From the NCBI GenBank assembly GCA_040285825.1, contig JAUPSS010000010.1:928881-992880 (forward strand): a stretch of DNA of 64,000 bases, in the 5' to 3' direction. The stretch is from Eukaryota sp. TZLM1-RC. Taxonomy: Eukaryota > Protista > Metamonada: BaSk clade. Made by a program: the position numbers and the translations under genes. Below are positions 22,121 through 34,340 of this stretch, piece after piece (positions within the stretch are counted from its first letter, which is position 1; every line of letters starts with the position of its first letter). The notes beneath the pieces are model-generated. The model was given only the letters and a program-made list of their open reading frames with translations. It did no database searches and was not told where the DNA came from.

Positions 22121-24462
22121 ATGGTTAACCAGCAAGTTAAAGACCAACGTTCTCCTTGTTATGATACGATTCCTCCCCTGAAGCATCATCGGCAAGATTG
22201 TAGTTCTCCGCCCTCTAATTACTACACCGATTCACCTGTTTGCGATGAGTCAAATTTGTGCTCTCGCGGTATCCCTTCTCTTCAACCGTCTTCCGTTTCT
22301 TCACATATTCCCTCTTCAACCACGATGGACACATCTTCCAGCACAGAATTTTCTTTACGATTTCCTCTCCACAACTCTATCAATCCCCATTCGTTGTCAC
22401 ACTTGATCTCTCATGCTTCCTCAAACACCATTCGTCATGAGTCTTCCACAGGAAGTCGTTTTGGGGATATCCCGACCAGCCCAATTCCCGACCGATTGAA
22501 AAGAATAGTTGGGGTTAAGCTCATTTCTGTTGGTAAAGACCACACCCTTCTTTTAGTTGGGGATGTAATGTTTTTGGCCAAGTTCTTTATGGCGAACCTC
22601 AATCAGTCGAATTTTCAATCAAACTACCCCTACACGGTATTATAATCATTTCAGCTGGTCATTATTACTCCCTTGCACTCTCTTCTGATGGAAATCTATA
22701 TGGTTGGGGTCGCAATGGAGTTAATCAAATAAATATGTCAGAAGAGCCTTTGCTTCCAATTTCGCTTGTCAACATTCCCTTTAACATTAAAACAGTTCAT
22801 GGTGGTCACCGTTGTTCATTTGCTTTGACTGAAGAAGGTCAAGTTTTTAAATGGGGAGATGGTAAACCATTTAAAATAATTGAAGATTTAAATAATATTG
22901 TTTTCCTTTGTTTTCATGATGGTTGTTTCATACCATTTGATGAAAAAGGTGATGTCTTTTGGTTATATTCACTCGTTAAGGATTCTTTGAATTATGAGTT
23001 AAAACGTGAAGAAGAGCAACATTACGCGAACACAACCAAAATCGGAGTCACCAAACACTTTCTTCCCAATCAACCATGCCGATGTTCATTTCTGTTTGAT
23101 GGTAACATTGTTTATGTTTTGGATATTGATGGCAATGTTTGGAAGTATGATGATTTTCTGAATACGAAACCAGTCAAAGTTCAAGGTTTAGATAGTGTTG
23201 CTTTCTTAACTGGTAATTATGGTATCTTTGCTGCCATTGATAATAATGGTAAGGTCTTTGTGTGGGGTAAGCTGAGCAAATTAAGTGATGTTTATGAAGA
23301 TCATCATGAGCCTAGATTGGTTGAAACTTTTATCAGTGTGGAGGATGTTTCAATTGGCGACACATTCCTTTTTGCCTACAACAAAACCACTGTTTGGGCT
23401 TGGGGAAGGAACGATAGAGGTCAATTAGGCACAGGTGATTTGATTGATCGACCACAACCTGTCAAAGTATTTGGTTCTGAAATACTTGGTAGTATCAATC
23501 ATCCTAATCAACCTTTGGATAGAATGTTTAGTGGTCTAATCAAATTAATTTACTTTGAATATTTACAATATTTGAAAAACTTGTTTGGTAACCATCCTTA
23601 TACAAAAGCCAGATACTGTACCAAATGCTCAATTAGCAAGAAAGTGGCTAAATTTTCTAAAGAAGTCATTAATGGTTTTGAGTTTTTAGAAGATCCTCAA
23701 GATTTAGATTTAAATGATTATATTTGTGATTTACAATTACAATTATCTACTGTTCATAATGGTCCCAAAGTAATTAATACTAGAATTATAAAACTTGATG
23801 TCAACCATAATGATGCTCATTATGATCCACAATTATTGTCATTTTTCCCAAATGTTGAGGTTGTCGTGCTTGGTGGATGGTCTTCATTTGGTAGAAGCTC
23901 TATAAATTTGGCAAACTTATCAAAACTAAAATGTCTAGAGCTGAACTATCCTTTCAATATCGAACAATTACCCACTTCACTAGTGCAGTTAGTGCTTAAC
24001 CATGATGAAATTAAGGTCACTGATTTAAGTTATCTCACATTAATAAGAGAGCTTGCTGTGCTTTCTTTAGATGAGGACTATGATCAAGTCAATATCCTGA
24101 AAGGCTACACACATTTACCCCAATCCATTGTTAGATTGGAAATGGAATTAGAACTCGGAGACACTGTCAGTATTGAAGTACAATTACCCAACTTGAATGA
24201 ATTGATAATTCATAAAGCAATTCCTGCCAATGTCACTGAACAAAACTTTCCTGCTTTGAAATTCATTCAATTGATTGAACCTGATGAAGACAGTCTGTCA
24301 GATTCTCCTCTTTCTCCAACAAATCTTATTAATCAAGGTTTTATTAATTCTGTTGAGCTTATCAAGAATGAATATTTAGTTGAATTATCTTGTTTTCCAT
24401 GGTGGATTCAGTATTCAGCTGAAAGGTATTTGATTGAAATTTTCCGTGACTATGTAGATTGA
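22121..24462 (+). CDS. RCC1-repeat + LRR/FNIP-like protein, frameshifted near 22555 (pseudogene or assembly error)
   Basis: ISVGKDHTLLL switches frame to SWGCNVFGQ...ISAGHYYSLALSSDGNLYGWGRN, which runs into ORF 22735-24462 (VWAWGRNDRGQLGTGD; LPTSLVQLVL, LPQSIVRL). Paralog of 32145-34340. Confidence 0.8.
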
Positions 24463-25461
24463 AATATAACAAGCTTTTAAACCTAATTCACACAAAGAGT
24501 TATCATTTGCCTGCGACGTTTCGAAGGTGGCCCTTCCACAATAGGTACAGGAGCACCAACACTTCATTCGTACGAGGCCATGAGGATGCATTGTACCCGA
24601 TTTGATTGAAAGTTCAAAATAAAATGATTGTTGTATACACTGTTGGCATACATCTTGATTCAGGATGCTTGAAACTACTTGACCAGTTGGATTTCTTCTT
24701 CTGTCCATTTCCCTATACACATCAATCTTCATCACACATTTTTTTAGAAGATTAAGAACACAAAACACAAGAACTACATGACGAATAATGGAAGATCACA
24801 TTTTTTTTCAAGTTTACCTGACTGATCTCATCATTATTCCATTACACCTGAAGTTTGTTCAACTGGAACGAGTACCAGCGGCTGTGGTCCCACTATTTGA
24901 CAGTGAGTGTTTTCAGGTCATGTCAATGTCTCACAAATTGCGGGAAGAGTATATCTTTAATTTCATCGGTTGTACGTCTTGAATAAAATGAATGAGAAAA
25001 TAAGCATTGGATTTAGACAGTTTGTTCTAGTTTTGATGTTCGTGGATCCTGTCAGCAACGATGTTTGTGTTGTAGAGATGGGTTGTTAGTAATCATATTG
25101 TGAATTTCGTCCAAGGTGCTAAATATTCTCAGGTTGCATACTCACCACTAATCTTTCATGTGGGCAAATCACAATAGCAATAAATACTTTTAATGTATCA
25201 TTTATGGTTAAGTCTTAATCATGTCAGGTTTTCAATATAAAAAACCTGAAAAACCAATCATTTTTTGATTTAAATCAAAGGTGGATACTTGAAGACCATT
25301 AGCAAAACAATATTCATTTTCTTTTAGCTGTTTATGTTTGGTGGGTTTATAACACTTACGGGATTTTGTTTTTACCATTGAGATTATATTTTGAGTTGAT
25401 CATGAATGTCTTGGGCTACATTATCAGCCAATAAAATAATCTTTACGAAATCAAAAAGACT

Positions 25462-26650
25462 ATTTTTATTCAACAACAAATATGAAAACATAAAATACAC
25501 AATTGAAACTCCACATCTTCAAAACCTGCCTCCCCTACATCAAAACAATTAATTGCCAAAGATTCCGAAAATTTCCCCAAGGAAGAAAGTCGGTCAGAAT
25601 CAAGTTTCACCATTCCCTCAAAGATGGAAAATACAATCCTGTTTTGCTAGTAAACACGATTGAAAATTCCATCAGTTCTTTGCTTTACAACATCAACAAA
25701 ATTCAAAAGGAAAGCCATTGCAGCCTTACCTAATGATCCAAGCAAAGAAAAACCAAAGGGACATAAATTATATTGACCATGAGAATTTTCATTGGCTGCG
25801 GAAATGGGTTTCGCATATTCAGCAATTTTATAGTTTTTGGTTCGCCAGAAGAGGATTATTTACATCTGAGTTAATGAGATGCTCGTTAGATGAGTTAGAA
25901 GGGTCAACAAACATGGCGTCTAAAATAGTAAAACTACCATTTAAACCGAGAACAAGTAGATCACCCCTTGTCAGACCCATAGAAGCTCTGCTGTAACGCG
26001 GAATATCAATATCGGGATCATCAAGAATTATATTTGATAACAGCGGCTCTAGAAAGGAATCTATTCGATATGATTTGCACATTACATAAATTTGGTCCCT
26101 GACGTTATTATGCACTTTGCTTCTAAATGTAATGAAATGTTTACAGTTCAAAAGATGAGTAAACAAAATATTTTTTCCACATTTACAAGTTAAATGATTG
26201 GGCAAATTGTTTGGCCACAGAAAACAACGAAAACGCATGTTTGAAAGCCATTCTTTGTTTTTTAATAAAAGTCCATAAACAGAGGGAATTTGAGTTACTA
26301 AAGCAGCAGCAGACCCATCACGAATATCCTTTAAAAAATTGCCGAAAGCGGGGTTTTCAGTTTTGGCCAAGCCAAGTCTTATTTCATAATCCAAGCATTC
26401 AAATAATTTGACCATATGGTGCTGAAGCTGTTTCATGCAAAAACGTAAATTTGGAAGTGATCGGGTGTGAACTTCTTGATTATTTTGAGGAATACACTGA
26501 ATCCAGATATCAATAGGGAAATTATCTAATTCAATTTGTAGTTGATCCAAAAACTTGATTCACCATGGATCAGATGAACATCATAAGGAAACCTTTGGAA
26601 AAATTCAAAAATAAAATTTTTTTTACCTCCTCAAAAAGCTGCTTTAAATT
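25462..26650 (-). mobile_element. CRE-like retrotransposon family B, decayed 3' portion (knuckle + RLE)
   Basis: CKCG..HLLNCKHFITFRSKVHNNVRD, RGD...D, later QNRIVFSIF; ends near AATAAA. Confidence 0.85.
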
Positions 26651-27288
26651 AAGAAGTATCAACATTTTGCTGGTATTCTTCCAATAAAAAAGGTTGGTTT
26701 TAATTGAAGGTGATTTGGACATCATTGAGCAACAAACGATTCTTCAATAAACTGTTTTGTTTTTGACATGAAAAATCAACAGAACCTGCCATGAATTGTT
26801 TGAATTCAATATTGACGAGCTTGAAACATGACCTTCAACACGAGACTATTGAAGCTAGATGGAAGAACATATGCAGCAAATTTTATCAATATGGCCATAC
26901 TGCTTGAACTTCTCACATGTGTACACAATGTAGTTTTTGAGACGTGAGTGTTGATTTTTGGTAATTTTGGGGTTAAACATTCTCTATGAATATTTCACTT
27001 GTTATGCATTCTCTTGTGAAATTCACTCTTGTTTTCAACTTTCACAATGTTTACTCACAGGCTATGAGAGACATGTAGTATCATTTGACAAAGACAATCA
27101 TGGTTTTCATCAATTGGCTACCTCACCCAAATACACCTACTGCTTTTACAGAACAAATCCTTCTTATTTGATTTATCTAAGTGAATCTATTAAATGCTAC
27201 TAAGGTGCTTGTAGATCGGTCTCATTATTTTTAAAAAAATCAAAAATCAAATAACACTCAAAATAAAATTTCAGTGTTTCTAAAGTTT

Positions 27289-27820
27289 TTATTTCTGTAT
27301 GCTGAGTTTTCGAGTTAATCTCCTCAACAGAGCTTCTGAGCAAGTGTATCTTTCCGGCCACAATTCCGCTTTCTTCTTAATTTGAATAGTTCTTGAAGCA
27401 GAATTATCTCTGTCATATGCTATTTGACACTCAGTACAAACTTGCATTTTCCATGAGCCTGCTTGAATAATCTCGGCCATGCAACAACTTGACAGTTTGC
27501 TTGTATTCAATTTAAACATTCTAAAAATTTCTATAATAGAAATCATTATAAACTTGATAATGCCTGGATTGGATTGGAAGGACCCTTTATTTTATTGAAT
27601 GTAATGTTTGTCAACTGTTAAAATATTATTTGTAGAATGAACAGTAAAATTGGAACTTGTATCAAACCTTCTGAAGGTAGAGTTCCAAAAAGAAACACCA
27701 GTATTTTCTGGAGAATCTTCTCTAACAGCTACTTTTTGCAAATCTCCATTTATTCCAATTTTAAAAGATTCTGTAGCTTTTTTAATTATAAGGAAATAAC
27801 TATAACATTCCCCAAACAAG
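27289..27820 (-). pseudogene. Fanzor/TnpB-like nuclease remnant (C-terminal zinc ribbon and RuvC-III)
   Basis: TSKLSSCC...QVCTECQIAYDRDNSASRTI fits the TnpB/Fanzor TS-x-C..C-x-C..C-x-DRD-x-(N)A-x-(N)I pattern; upstream part degraded. Confidence 0.65.
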
Positions 27821-28142
27821 AACCTCACTAATTCTGAAATTCATAATCCTCTTTCAAATGTTGAAAATCTCCATTTGTATTATGTCTATTTGGTTCACTT
27901 GCTTCCATTGTTCTACATTATTTTGGCAGATTTTGAAATATTCGTAAAGAGCAAAACTAAATGAAAGTTCAAAGATTGTTTTAGCAAAATAGAATTGTGT
28001 TTTCTATTTTTAAGGGGATGTTGAAGATGGTTTCCGATGCCAAGCGTTCTCTTGGATCACACTATGAGTGAGCTGCATCTAATTGTTTTGGGAGAAATGG
28101 ATTATTGAGATAATGATTTGAAGGTTTTTGAATAAATAAAGC
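27820..28142 (+). mobile_element. Family B CRE-like element, decayed 3' fragment
   Basis: aattctgaaattcataatc and caaaatagaattgtgttttctatttttaaggggatgttgaagatggtttc match the 3' end of the 31150-32095 copy. Confidence 0.8.
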
Positions 28143-28550
28143 AATTCAAAAAAATGTTATTAGTCCATTTCATTTATTTGTGATTAGAATGTTGAAATTA
28201 TAAATTTTACATGTCATGATATTGGTTTTGTTGTAAATGATTAGTTTTTTTGAATCATTTTGCAACTTCTCTTTTTTGAAATTCCTCTATATTATTTACC
28301 GCACTTCAATAAAAGTTACCTTTTCTCAGTAATGTCTAGTTAATTTCTCAACGCAAAAAAACGGTTCGTGATATACAGATTTTGGTTCATTGAGTCACCA
28401 TCACTTGACAAAGCAAAATAATCTGCAAGGAAAATCCGTTGAATACACAAGACATCTTTATTTGAATTTCCATCAAAAACGAAATTTATCACTATACTAT
28501 ACAAAAGAAAAAGCTAAATAAATAAATGAATATAATTCTTTAAATAAAAT

Positions 28551-29855
28551 TCACCTTGTCTTATTTTCTAAATCCCTTAGCGTTACTAATTGACCATCAA
28601 TTAATTTGGTATCATTGAGAACGTTTTTTCCTGGTTGATTTAGCCATTCATCATGTAGATCCTTAAGCTCTTCCACAGTTACATTCGATTTTGGTAGCTC
28701 AAAATCAATTTGATTGATAGAATCTGATGGAATTTCTGATTGAGCACATTCATGCTGACGCTCTAATTCTTCAAAATCTATCAAAATAATTGGCTTGAAT
28801 AATATTTTCTTCATTAAATCGTTCAAATACAAAGGAAAACAATAAAAATGGTTACTTAATCTACTTTGAATAGCTAAATTAGAATAATCCTTTGACAATA
28901 AAGCCGGGTTATTTAGAAAATTTAAAACAGATTCCAATATTGAATTGAATTTAAAATCAAAATCTATTAATTTTGATAACTTTGACAAACAATGAGAGAA
29001 CTTTTCACTCGACAAGGACTTAAACAAGTCTAAATTTTCATAAGTAGAGCTCACCAAAAGCTCAATTTCTTCATCTTTTTGAGCAACAATAGAATTGAAT
29101 TCTCTGAATTGACGTAAACTATTTTGAACAAAAAACTTATTACCATCAAGTATTTCCTTTTCTTTATTTAATTCAAGAGTCAAATCTTCGATTTTACCAA
29201 CAATCAACTCTTTACAAAGTTTAAAAATAGAATTAATACTTGAATTCTTATTTACCTCTATAGAATTAATCTTTTTGGACACCAATTCCCAATACTTTTC
29301 AGTTTCGTGTCTCAAACGTAAAGTCTTAACCGATTCTTTTAAAAAAGTTTCCCTACTATCGATTTCTTGGTGTTCTTCAATATAAGGAATGGGTAATTCT
29401 GCTTGTTCTGTGTATGTCTGAATTCTTTGAGCCAGGTAGTCCTGTTCCTCTGAAAGGTTGTACAGTGAAGAAGTCATGGCGGATGAGAGGTGAGAGGAAG
29501 TGGAGTTAGATTGGGATAGAAGGCTTTGAAGTTGAACAGTGTGTTTGGTTTTGAGGGTGGTGAGGTGCTTGGAAAATGCTCTATGTACAGTGAGTTGGAA
29601 GGCTTTTGTGGATGAAGAGGAAGGTTTGAGTGATGAAAGCATGGATGATATATCAGATCGTATACTGTCAGAAGAATGTGTGGGAGTGGGTTGAGTGGCT
29701 GCTTTCTTTTGAGGTTTGAAGAGGTTGTTGAGCTGAAGATTTTGGATAACAACATTGTACCGATCTGGTGTGACACAAGAGCGTTGAAGAAAATCACCTA
29801 TGTCAGAGCAAGAGCTTCTGGAGAGCCGTTGTAGTACATGTGGAGAGAAACACAT
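28551..29855 (-). CDS. Coiled-coil protein resembling augmin subunit HAUS5/AUG5
   Basis: N-terminal LQRLSRSSCSDIGDFL...VIQNL and C-terminal DEWLNQPG....IDGQ resemble the HAUS5 end motifs (L..LC.G....W.FL....IR.NL; EWWEQPA....VDGQ) as I recall them. Confidence 0.5.
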   Translation of the reverse strand: MCFSPHVLQRLSRSSCSDIGDFLQRSCVTPDRYNVVIQNLQLNNLFKPQKKAATQPTPTHSSDSIRSDISSMLSSLKPSSSSTKAFQLTVHRAFSKHLTTLKTKHTVQLQSLLSQSNSTSSHLSSAMTSSLYNLSEEQDYLAQRIQTYTEQAELPIPYIEEHQEIDSRETFLKESVKTLRLRHETEKYWELVSKKINSIEVNKNSSINSIFKLCKELIVGKIEDLTLELNKEKEILDGNKFFVQNSLRQFREFNSIVAQKDEEIELLVSSTYENLDLFKSLSSEKFSHCLSKLSKLIDFDFKFNSILESVLNFLNNPALLSKDYSNLAIQSRLSNHFYCFPLYLNDLMKKILFKPIILIDFEELERQHECAQSEIPSDSINQIDFELPKSNVTVEELKDLHDEWLNQPGKNVLNDTKLIDGQLVTLRDLENKTR

Positions 29856-30044
29856 TATGTGTCTTTAGAGGAGTGGATTTTACTAGCTATTATTCTCCTT
29901 TAAGTTGACATTCTCTCAGTCATTCGGAGATGTGTCTCATTCTGGAGATATAGTGTTGACCTTCATACTGCCGTATCAGTATTCATTGTTGCTGAACTCG
30001 GAATCAACGTCGGTTACATGTTTTATCTCAACAATATTAATTTA

Positions 30045-30822
30045 CTAAGAATCAGAACCTAGTCTGAGAAACATCTGCGCAAGAGTAGTGCTTTGTTTAA
30101 AATTTATATCTCTCCAATTGGAATCTAGGTTGCTTAACCATGATTCTACATTGACATTACGGACTTTATTCAACTCTAGAGCGGCAATTATGGAGGCCAA
30201 TACGATTTGCTCTACTGGATACCCTGATAGTAACCCTCCTTCAAGGTCACTGTTCTCACTCAGAGCAATAACAAGCAGTAGAATGGCGACACTTTGGAGT
30301 CTGCCGTGAACTTGTTCGGTAAAAGAGTTTGCTTTCCCCAAGGAACATGTCATAATTTCCAGAAGGGGATAGATTTCCAGTACACTTGTTTCGAATGATA
30401 ATACTGACATGATTTCCAGCTCAGAGTCCATGACATCCCTTGGGGTTAAAGCAGCGTGTGATTTTGGCTTGAACTCATTTATCACATGTAGACATTCACT
30501 TACACCAACACAAGCTGTTTCATGCAACTTTGTTGCTATCTTTGAGTCAGTTTTTCTTTTATAATCATACTTGGAGACAGTTCATTGATTTCAACAACAT
30601 TGGGATCTTTACTGAGGTCTGATTTTTTGTGCGTGCCTTCAAATACTTTTCCAGCAATAAAACTGCATGAAAACGTACCACAGCAGATAGGCCATACTCC
30701 TCTGATTTCCAAAAGATGAAATCTATAACTTCAGGAGTGACCAAGGTGTTATTGAGTAGTACTGTTTGAGTGAGATCCACAGACGAGAGGTACCGTGGAA
30801 TGCTGACACCATGTACCTCCAT
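30045..30822 (-). CDS. Cyclin-fold protein, CNTD1/COSA-1-like; two exons (30822-30571 and 30539-30045)
   Basis: Removing the 31-nt intron joins ORFs 30565-30867 and 30045-30527 in frame and restores the cyclin-box helix LKSMNCLQIATKLHE; also VIDFIF....RFHAVLLLEKYL and DSELEIMSVLSF. Confidence 0.75.
30540..30570 (-). other. 31-nt spliceosomal intron
   Basis: Minus strand GTATGATTATAAAAGAAAAACTGACTCAAAG: GTATG 5' site, ACTGAC branch point, AG; splicing restores the frame and a conserved motif. Confidence 0.85.
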
Positions 30823-31149
30823 GATTTGAGTCAGTGCCAGTTTTGAAGATAATTCCAAGGTGTTCAAATGTGCAGGGAAAAATTTTGTTTAGCCAATTGA
30901 ATCAGAATTAATTTACTGATCCGTACAATTCACCACATTTTTAACAAACACAAAGAGTAGAGAGTTCACAATGGGTACTGAGGTGTTTTCAATGCTGTAG
31001 TTGCGTTTAAGAGTAAACATCTCCTGTTCATTTTTGAGCGTTGCAAAGTGAACACGAATATCTCTTAATTCTTGCATATGATTATATGAAGCGAATTTAA
31101 TATACAGTAGTGTTTATTGAAACACGAGTGGAAGTTTTTAATGATCTTT

Positions 31150-32095
31150 TTTTATTTAATTTTAATTTAAAACCCATAAATCAACATCTAAAAAATCCAT
31201 CTCTCCCAGAACAAAAACACTAGATGCAACTCTCTCATAGTGAGATGCAAGAGAAGGCAAAACATCAGAAACCATCTTCAACATCCCCTTAAAAATAGAA
31301 AACACAATTCTATTTTGCCAAAACAATCTGTTGAAATTTCTGCCAGTTCTTCTCTTTACAATAGTTTCAAAATCATCCAAAAAACGTAAAGCAGTTGGTG
31401 CAAGTGAACCAAAAAGGGAAAATACAAATGGATACAAATTGTATTTTGCATGCTGTAGACTGGCCAATTTGGACAAAGGTTCATTGTATTTTTTGAATTT
31501 AAAATTTTCAGCATTTGAAAGGCGATTATGAATTTCAGAATTACCAAGCCTTTCATTTGAGGCATTACAAGGATCAACAGACATTACATCCAATAAAATG
31601 AAACTTCCATCTAATCCAGGTAATATAACATCACCTCTATTATTCTTATGAAAATCATCTTCAGCATCAAACAGATTTGACAACAGAGGTTCCAAGAAGG
31701 ATTCAATTCTATGAGATTTACACATACAATATAACTGGTCTCTTACAGCATCGTGAACCTTGCTTCTAAAAGTAATAAAATGTTTACAATTTAACAAATG
31801 AGTAGTTGTAATTTCTCGAGAACATTTACAAATTAAATTATGAGGTAAATTATCAGGCCAGATAAAGGAACGAAATCTCATATTCAGAGTCCAAGCAGAA
31901 TCGGTTAAGAGAGTACCATAAACTTGTGGAATTGTTGTTACTAAGGCAGAAGAAGTACTGTCACACATATCTTGTAAAAGATTTGCAAAAGCGGGATTTT
32001 TTCTTGGCCAAGCCAAGTCTAACATCAAAATCCAAGCTTTCAAAAATCTTTGACAATTTTTGTTGAAGCTTTTTACAGCAAAACTGTAAATTAAA
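31150..32095 (-). mobile_element. Family B CRE-like element, 3' portion (knuckle + RLE)
   Basis: ORF 31162-32043: CKCS..HLLNC, HDAVRD, RGD..D, KFKKY, FSLFGSL. Confidence 0.88.
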
Positions 32096-32144
32096 AAAAT
32101 TTAATGATCAGTTTTGATTTCTAGGACCAATTAAATTTAGAAAG

Positions 32145-34340
32145 ATGGTTCTGTTCATCAAACATATCTTCATTACGCTTGGACGTTTATTACACCCTAG
32201 TGGCCGTCACACTACTTATGCTGATACTTCTATCTCATCATCTGGTAGTGTGCCATCATCCCCGACAAATACTGATCCCATCAATCGGGAGTCGATACGT
32301 ACTCTAATCACCACATCTGAGCTCATTTCTCCTCTCCAAACCGTTCCTTCACTTGACCACCATTCTCACAACACTATTAATGATTCAGCAGGAGTTCAGC
32401 TTATATCCTCTCCCAATCCCACCCTCTTGGTTACTTGTTCTGGAAATATCTATATGTGGGGAAGTAATCTATATGGTAGAATACTACGAAATGGACCTTA
32501 TCAGCTATCCATTCCGACAAAACTTCCATTAGAAAACATCGTCTCTGCCTCTGCCGGAACACATCATTCCCTGGCATTATCACGTGATGGGGCAGTGTTT
32601 GGTTGGGGTTTGAACAAGAGCAACCAATTAAACATGTCAACTGAGGCTGAATTAACAATTACCAAACTTGATATCTCGCTAGATATTGTTTCCCTCTTAG
32701 CAGGCTTTCACTGTTCTTTTGTACTTACCCGATCTGGTCAGGTTTATTATTGGGGAAATCGTCAAGGTTTAACTTTAATTGAAGAATTAAATAATATTGT
32801 TTTTATTAATAATCATGAGGATAAAATAGCTTGTATTGATTCAGATAGTAATATAGCTATTGTGCAAATTGATTATGATTTCCGTAATTACGAACTCTTA
32901 CCACTCACTCAAACAAATCAAACTAATAGGAATTCTATTATTAATGTAAAATCTAAATACTGTTGTTTAAGTAATTCTTATTTATTAGTGATTGATTTAG
33001 AAGAAAATATTTGGCTATTCAAGACTGATTTTAAGTCTTGGAGAGTAATTGAAACAATAAAGGGTATTGCTAAGCCAAAGACTGTAGCAGCAGGTGATGG
33101 TTATTTCGCATGTCTCACTAGTGAAGGTAAAGTTTTCGTTTGGGGTAAGTTATCACGATTGGGAAGTCTAGATGATAACCAATCAGCTGTTGTCAAAGGA
33201 TTAGCCAATATTGAGGGCATTTCCATTGGAAAGGGCTGCTTCTTTGCTTATAACAAGCATTTTGTTTGGGTTATTGGAAGGAATCATCTTGGGAAGTTGG
33301 GAACTGGGGATTTTAAGGATTTGCCCATGTTTCGCAATGTTTTTGGTTCAGAAATTACTGGCGTTTGGTCGTTTAAAAATACAATTTCTCCTTTTTTGTT
33401 TAAAACTCTTTATAATGAGGTTATGGTTAAATACATCAACTATTTGGAAGGAATGTTTGGTGGTAATGTGTATGTTAAAGCAAGATTCCTCAGTAAAATG
33501 GCTTTCAGTAGGAAAACAGTTTCAATTGCAAAGTTATTGGTTAAATCTAGGTTGAGTGTCACCTTAGTGCCAACAGATATTGATTTAATCCCAGATAGTT
33601 TTAAATTGAGATTAATTTTAAACAAAAAATGTAGTTTTTCAAAGGATAATGTTAAGGAAAATGTAGAAACTCTTTGTCTCAAAACCAATAGTTTAAACAG
33701 AGATGATAATATTCTATCCATTTTTCCTGGTTTAAAGGAATTATGTATCTCTTCTTTAGCTAATTCTGAACATTGCAGTTTTAATTCCAGTTCTATTTTT
33801 TTGAATTTAAAAAATCTACAAATTTTAGAAATAGATTATCCGATTTCCAATCTACCTCTATTACCCACTTCACTAGTGAAGTTGGTGTTGAAAAGTGGTA
33901 TCGAGATTTCAGGTCTGAGACATTGTGAAGGCCTCAAATACCTTGAAGTTTCTGATTACCGCCTGTCAAGTTTAATAATAAAGGGATGTGTACCACTTCC
34001 GCAAACACTTCATTCACTCACACTGTGTCTTTCAAGTGATCAAGAATGTGTAGTACATTTACCTAATTTGAAGGAGTTATTTTTAATGGAAGGAATGTTG
34101 AGGAAATTTTCTGATGGTTTTCCTATGCTCAATTTTTTGAGTATAGGGGATCCAAGTGCCAGCATTTTTGGTTCTGAAATTTGTCCCCATTGGTTGCGAA
34201 ATAATAACTCCATAAAAGAAGCTTATTCTTTGAAAAATGGATTTTTGGTGAAATTGTCTTCTTCTCCGTACTACATTCAGTTCCCTATTAATAACAAATT
34301 ACGGAAATTCTTTAAATTGAGTTTAAATTGTCGTAAATAA
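32145..34340 (+). CDS. RCC1-repeat + LRR/FNIP-like protein (731 aa)
   Basis: SASAGTHHSLALSRDGAVFGWGLN, AGDGYFACLTSEGKVFVWG, GRNHLGKLGTGD; C-terminal LPTSLVKLVL, LPQTLHSLTL, LPNLKELFL. Confidence 0.85.
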   Translation: MVLFIKHIFITLGRLLHPSGRHTTYADTSISSSGSVPSSPTNTDPINRESIRTLITTSELISPLQTVPSLDHHSHNTINDSAGVQLISSPNPTLLVTCSGNIYMWGSNLYGRILRNGPYQLSIPTKLPLENIVSASAGTHHSLALSRDGAVFGWGLNKSNQLNMSTEAELTITKLDISLDIVSLLAGFHCSFVLTRSGQVYYWGNRQGLTLIEELNNIVFINNHEDKIACIDSDSNIAIVQIDYDFRNYELLPLTQTNQTNRNSIINVKSKYCCLSNSYLLVIDLEENIWLFKTDFKSWRVIETIKGIAKPKTVAAGDGYFACLTSEGKVFVWGKLSRLGSLDDNQSAVVKGLANIEGISIGKGCFFAYNKHFVWVIGRNHLGKLGTGDFKDLPMFRNVFGSEITGVWSFKNTISPFLFKTLYNEVMVKYINYLEGMFGGNVYVKARFLSKMAFSRKTVSIAKLLVKSRLSVTLVPTDIDLIPDSFKLRLILNKKCSFSKDNVKENVETLCLKTNSLNRDDNILSIFPGLKELCISSLANSEHCSFNSSSIFLNLKNLQILEIDYPISNLPLLPTSLVKLVLKSGIEISGLRHCEGLKYLEVSDYRLSSLIIKGCVPLPQTLHSLTLCLSSDQECVVHLPNLKELFLMEGMLRKFSDGFPMLNFLSIGDPSASIFGSEICPHWLRNNNSIKEAYSLKNGFLVKLSSSPYYIQFPINNKLRKFFKLSLNCRK

